This document shows positions 59,077 through 64,000 of a stretch of DNA of 64,000 nt, piece by piece. The stretch lies in the NCBI RefSeq assembly GCF_009914755.1, contig NC_060930.1; one strand, written 5' to 3'. The stretch comes from the human T2T-CHM13v2.0 reference genome, Homo sapiens. Positions within the stretch are counted from its first letter, which is position 1. Each line of letters begins with the position of its first letter. The notes beneath the pieces were generated by a model. The model saw only the letters and a program-made list of their open reading frames with translations, had not been told where the DNA came from and did no database searches. A program made the position numbers and the translations under genes.

Positions 59077-61024
59077 CGTATGGAAACATCTAGCATAGGG
59101 TAGGGAGCAAATCATTGTTTGCTGAATCTGAAGTCTGTGGGTACCTAGGGGAATTTCTGAGTTCATGATATCGTAGGTGGTGTGGAAACAAGTCCCAGCA
59201 TAAACCCACACAGCTGGCTGAATGAAGTTCAAGTGAAGGTCATGCAGCATCAAAGTAGATGTGTGTCACTGAAACTTATGGCAGTGGAGTGAGAATAATT
59301 TTGAAATTACTTAGATTGTGAGAAAATCTGGCTGATGATTAGAAGTGTTGATATAAGAGGTCAGTTTGGAGTTCCACTCAAAATTCATACTAATTTTAAT
59401 GTTATGGTATTCTAAACTACTAGATGGGTAAGGGGAAGTTATAGGATTCTGAACAATACCATTAAGAATTAGGATAGGATTTTCTACTGTGGTGTCACAG
59501 AAGAATCAGAGCTAGCAAATTCATAAAAAGAAAATTTGATTCCCCAAGCCCAGGGTAAAAATCCAGAGTGCTGAGGTTTTGAATCCTAATATCTCAGTTG
59601 CCACTTTGCATCTTTACAGTGCTGAATGAAAGGTGTGCACCAGGAACTGTCTACCCACAAAGAACCTGTTTTTCTGGGCCTTAAAAAAAAAGGCAGTGCA
59701 GAGATAGTATTATAAAAGAGAAGCATAAAAGGAAATTTGTGAGGGTGGCTTAATGAGATGCACTGAATAGGTGGAGAACTAGAGGGAATGTGGCTAGGTA
59801 CACAGTGGACTTTGTTAAATTAGCAGCAGCTCCAGTTCACTTTCCACGATATTTCCTAATCCACAGAGCAGCAGGTGGGAGTGAGGGACACTATTAGTCA
59901 AGAGCTCAGTGGGAGTTTAAATCACTAAGGATTTGTGTATGCAAGTTCTCCCTGGCTTACACTTAATATGGTCATGATAACTGAATTTCAACTGTGCAAA
60001 AGGAAAGAAAATACTTATAATAATTCAAACACGGCTGTAATGAGGATATGCCACAAACACGAAATGAACGTTTTATAATAAGCTCTGGCAGTTCAAGGAA
60101 AAATGATGGTAGAAGGTGCTTCTGGAATGGTCTAGCTCTAGAATTTGATCCAAGTAAGCCACTGCAGACTGTCCAAGCCAATGTCCTAGCCGAAAACAAA
60201 CAAGTCATCCCTGCATAAAGGCTAGTGGACAAAGGTCGTTAATACAAAATTCACCGTCATTATCACTAGGCAGGGTGGTGATTGATCTGATATCTCCAGG
60301 CCTTTGCTAGATTCAAAACAAAGTCCTGAACCCTGGAATGTTTAAAGGCCTAGACAGACTACCTCTCCAGCTATGCTGTCTCATTCTCTGGCTGGCAGGG
60401 CCAGAGTGTGTTGCCTCCAATCAGTTATCTTATGAGGAACCAGATTTGGGCTTCTGCCATCTGGCTTAGCACCCATGGACTAAGAGGTCTTGAATCAGCA
60501 CCTAGAAATAATTTCCTTCAAGTTCTACAGAACAGCTCAACAGAAAAAGAGAACTGTTTCAGTGGAAAAAGTAAATACCAAAGTTTCTAAGACTATTACG
60601 GATGTAAAAAATTGTTGGATGTATTCTTCTCAACTTTTTATCTAGGGTGTGACACCTGTTGATGTAATGAAGATTTAGGAAGCCTCAACAAGGCATACCT
60701 CAGAATACTGCCAGTTCAGTTCCAGACCACCCCAATAAAGCAAATATTGCAATAAAGCAAGTCACACACATTTTTTGGTTTCACAGTGCATACAAAAGTT
60801 GTGTTTTCGTTACGCTGTAGTCTATTAAGTGTGCAACATTATGTCCCAAAACAGTGTACATAACTTCATTAAAAACTACTTGATTGCTAAAAAATGCGAA
60901 GAATCATTGGAGCCTTTAGTGAGTTGTAATCTTTTTGGTGGTGGAGGGTCTTGCTTCCATGTTGATGGCTGCTGACTGATAAGGATAGTAGTCACTGAAG
61001 GCTGGGGTGCTGCGGCAATTTCTT

Positions 61025-61354
<330 letters not shown>

Positions 61355-61812
61355 TAGCAATGAAATTTGCCAAGTCCATGAACTCTTCCTTTCATGAAAG
61401 ACTTCTCTGTTGTATGCGATGTTGTGTGATAGCATTTCATCCACAGGACTTTTTTCAAAAATGGACTCTATCCTCTCAAACCCTGCTGCTGCTTTATCAA
61501 CTAAGCTTATGTAATATTCTAAATCCTTTGTTGCCATTTCAACAATGTTCACAGCGTCTTCACCGTAAGTAGATTCCATCTCAAGAAACCACTTACTTTG
61601 TTCATCCATAAGAAGAAACTAATCTGTTCAAGTTTTATCATGGAATCGCAGCAATTCAGTCACATCTTCAGGCTCTACTTCTAATTCTAGTTCTCTTGCC
61701 ATTTCCACCACATCTGCAGTTACTTCCTCTACTGAAGTCTTAAACCCCTCAAAGTCATTCATGAAGGTTGGGGTCAACTGCTTACAAACACCTGTTAATG
61801 TTGATATTTTGA

Positions 61813-62255
61813 GTTTTGTATGGTAGATGCACCTGACAGTGATAATGCGACCTGAGTATACCCTGAGAATGACCCCGTATGGCAGAGCACCTCAATGTGT
61901 ACTCAGAAGTGGCCAACCCAGAGATCCATTCCTTGTCTATGAGGAACACCTGAGCCCCAGACGCATCCTGTGGAACATGGGCCATACAGGGGATCACGGC
62001 CCATTGTTTTGGGTTAAATGAGGTTTGCCAGGTGGAAGTTGCTAGGGGGAGGGTGTTAAGTGAAAATGTTATATAAATTGCATGTGTTTTGCAAGTGGTG
62101 GTGGTGGTTTTGCCCAGTCTGCCACCACTGGACTCTCTCACCTGTACGTAAGTCCCCAGTAAAACCCATGTCTCATTCGCTGGCTCTAGGTCTCTTCTTC
62201 AGCCTCTTGAACCTGGTGCCATCCCCGCTGGAGTCAATAGGGGTTTGGCACACCA
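61813..62255 (+). mobile_element. LTR47A-like solo LTR inserted in Tigger1
   Basis: tgtatggtagatgcacctgacag...ataccctgagaatgaccc...gtggccaacccagagat...ctcttgaacctggtgcc...aataggggtttggcacacca; Tigger1 is continuous on both sides. Confidence 0.85.
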
Positions 62256-62444
62256 ACCTCCCTCCATGCATCATAAATGTTCTTAATGGCATCTGCAATG
62301 GTGAATCCTTTCCAGAAGGTTTTCAATTTTCTTTGCCCAGATCCATCAGAGGAATCACTACCTATGGCAGCCATAACCTTACAAAATATATTTCTTAAGT
62401 GATAAGACTTGAAAGTCAAAATTATTCCTTGATCCATGGACTGA

Positions 62445-62798
<354 letters not shown>

Positions 62799-64000
62799 GA
62801 AAACAACATTAACCTCTTTTGTCCATCTCCATCAGGGTGACCTGGTACATTGTCAATGAGCAGTAATATTTTGAAAGAAAACTTTTTTTCTGAGCAGTGG
62901 GTCTCAATAGCGGGCTTAAAATAGTCAGTACACCATGCTATAAACAGACGTGCTGTCATCCAGGCTTTGTTGTTCCACTGACAGAGTGCACACAGAGTAG
63001 ATTTAGCATAATTCTTAAGGGCCTTAGAATTTTCAGAATGGCAAATGAGCATTGGCTTCAACTCCAAGTCAATGATTGCAATGACTCAGCTGCATTATCC
63101 CCTAACAAGAGATTCAGCCTGTTCTTCGAAGCCAGGCACTGACTTTGACTCTCTGTCTATCAACGTCCTAGATGGCATCTTCTTCCAACAGAAGGCTGTT
63201 TCATCTCCATTGAAACTCTGTTGTTTAGTGAACTCACCTTCATCATTACCTTAGCAAGATCTGGATAACTTGCTGCAGCTTCCCCATCAGCATTTGCTGC
63301 TTCACCTTGTGCTTTTATGTTATGGAGACACTTTCTTTCCTTAAACCTCATGACCATCCTCTGCTAGTTTCAAACTTTTTTTCTGCAGTTCCCTCACCTC
63401 TCAGCCTTCATAAAATTGAAGAGAGTTAGGGTCCTTGTTCTGGATTAAGCTTTGGCTTAAGAGAACGTGTGGCTGGTTTGATCTTCTATCCAGACCACTC
63501 AAATCTTCTTTGTATCAGCATTCAGGCTGTTTCGCTTTCTTATCATTTGTGTTTACCATGGTAGCACTTTTTGCTTCCTTTAAGAACTTTTCCTCTGCAT
63601 TCACATCTTGGCTGTTTGGCGCAAGAGGCCTAGCTCTCAGCCTATCTAGGCTTTCAACATGCCTTCCCTCACTAGGCTTAATCATTTCTAGCTTTTGATT
63701 TAAAGTGAGAGGCATGTAATTCTTCACTTGAGCACTTAGATTAGGGGCCATTGTAAGGTTATTAGTTAACTTCATTTCAAAATTGTCATGTCTCAAAGAA
63801 TAGGGAGGCCTGAGGAGAGGGAGAGAGACAGAAATGGCTGGGTTGGTGGAGTAGTCAGAACACACACAATATTTGTTAAGTTTGCTATCTTATGTGGGCA
63901 TGGTTTGTAGCATCCCAAAACAATTACAATAGTGACATCAAAGATCACCCATCACAGATTACCATAACAGATAGAATAACAATGAAAAAGTTTGAAATAT

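Noticed and set aside
58488-59217. 14-mer acccacacagctgg repeated about 700 bp apart
   Set aside because: One such match is plausible by chance in 64 kb and it does not extend.

Overview
Human genomic DNA: it carries an AluYa5 with all five diagnostic positions. The window is AT-rich, has no CpG island, and roughly half of it is interspersed repeat: about 30 Alu/FLAM copies, several old L1s, L2 and MIR relics, DNA transposon fossils (Tigger1 x2, MER44A x2, MER47A, Tigger4a, MADE2, MER1, MER3, MER58) and four solo LTRs. I recognise no protein-coding exon or structural RNA gene and cannot name the locus, so it is intronic or intergenic. The ORF track is explained by Alu, L1 ORF2, Tigger1 transposase relics and simple repeats. 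The most notable item is a ~440 bp polyadenylated, TSD-flanked orphan retro-insertion (30909-31346) made of ancient L2 and L1M pieces inside a younger L1PA. Others are a 214-nt purine-only (GAG)8(GAA)15G(GAA)23 tract, a young AluYa5, tightly spaced inverted Alus and several short local duplications. I found no evidence of a new gene system. Repeat names come from recalled consensus sequences and boundaries are approximate; both need confirming with RepeatMasker/Dfam.
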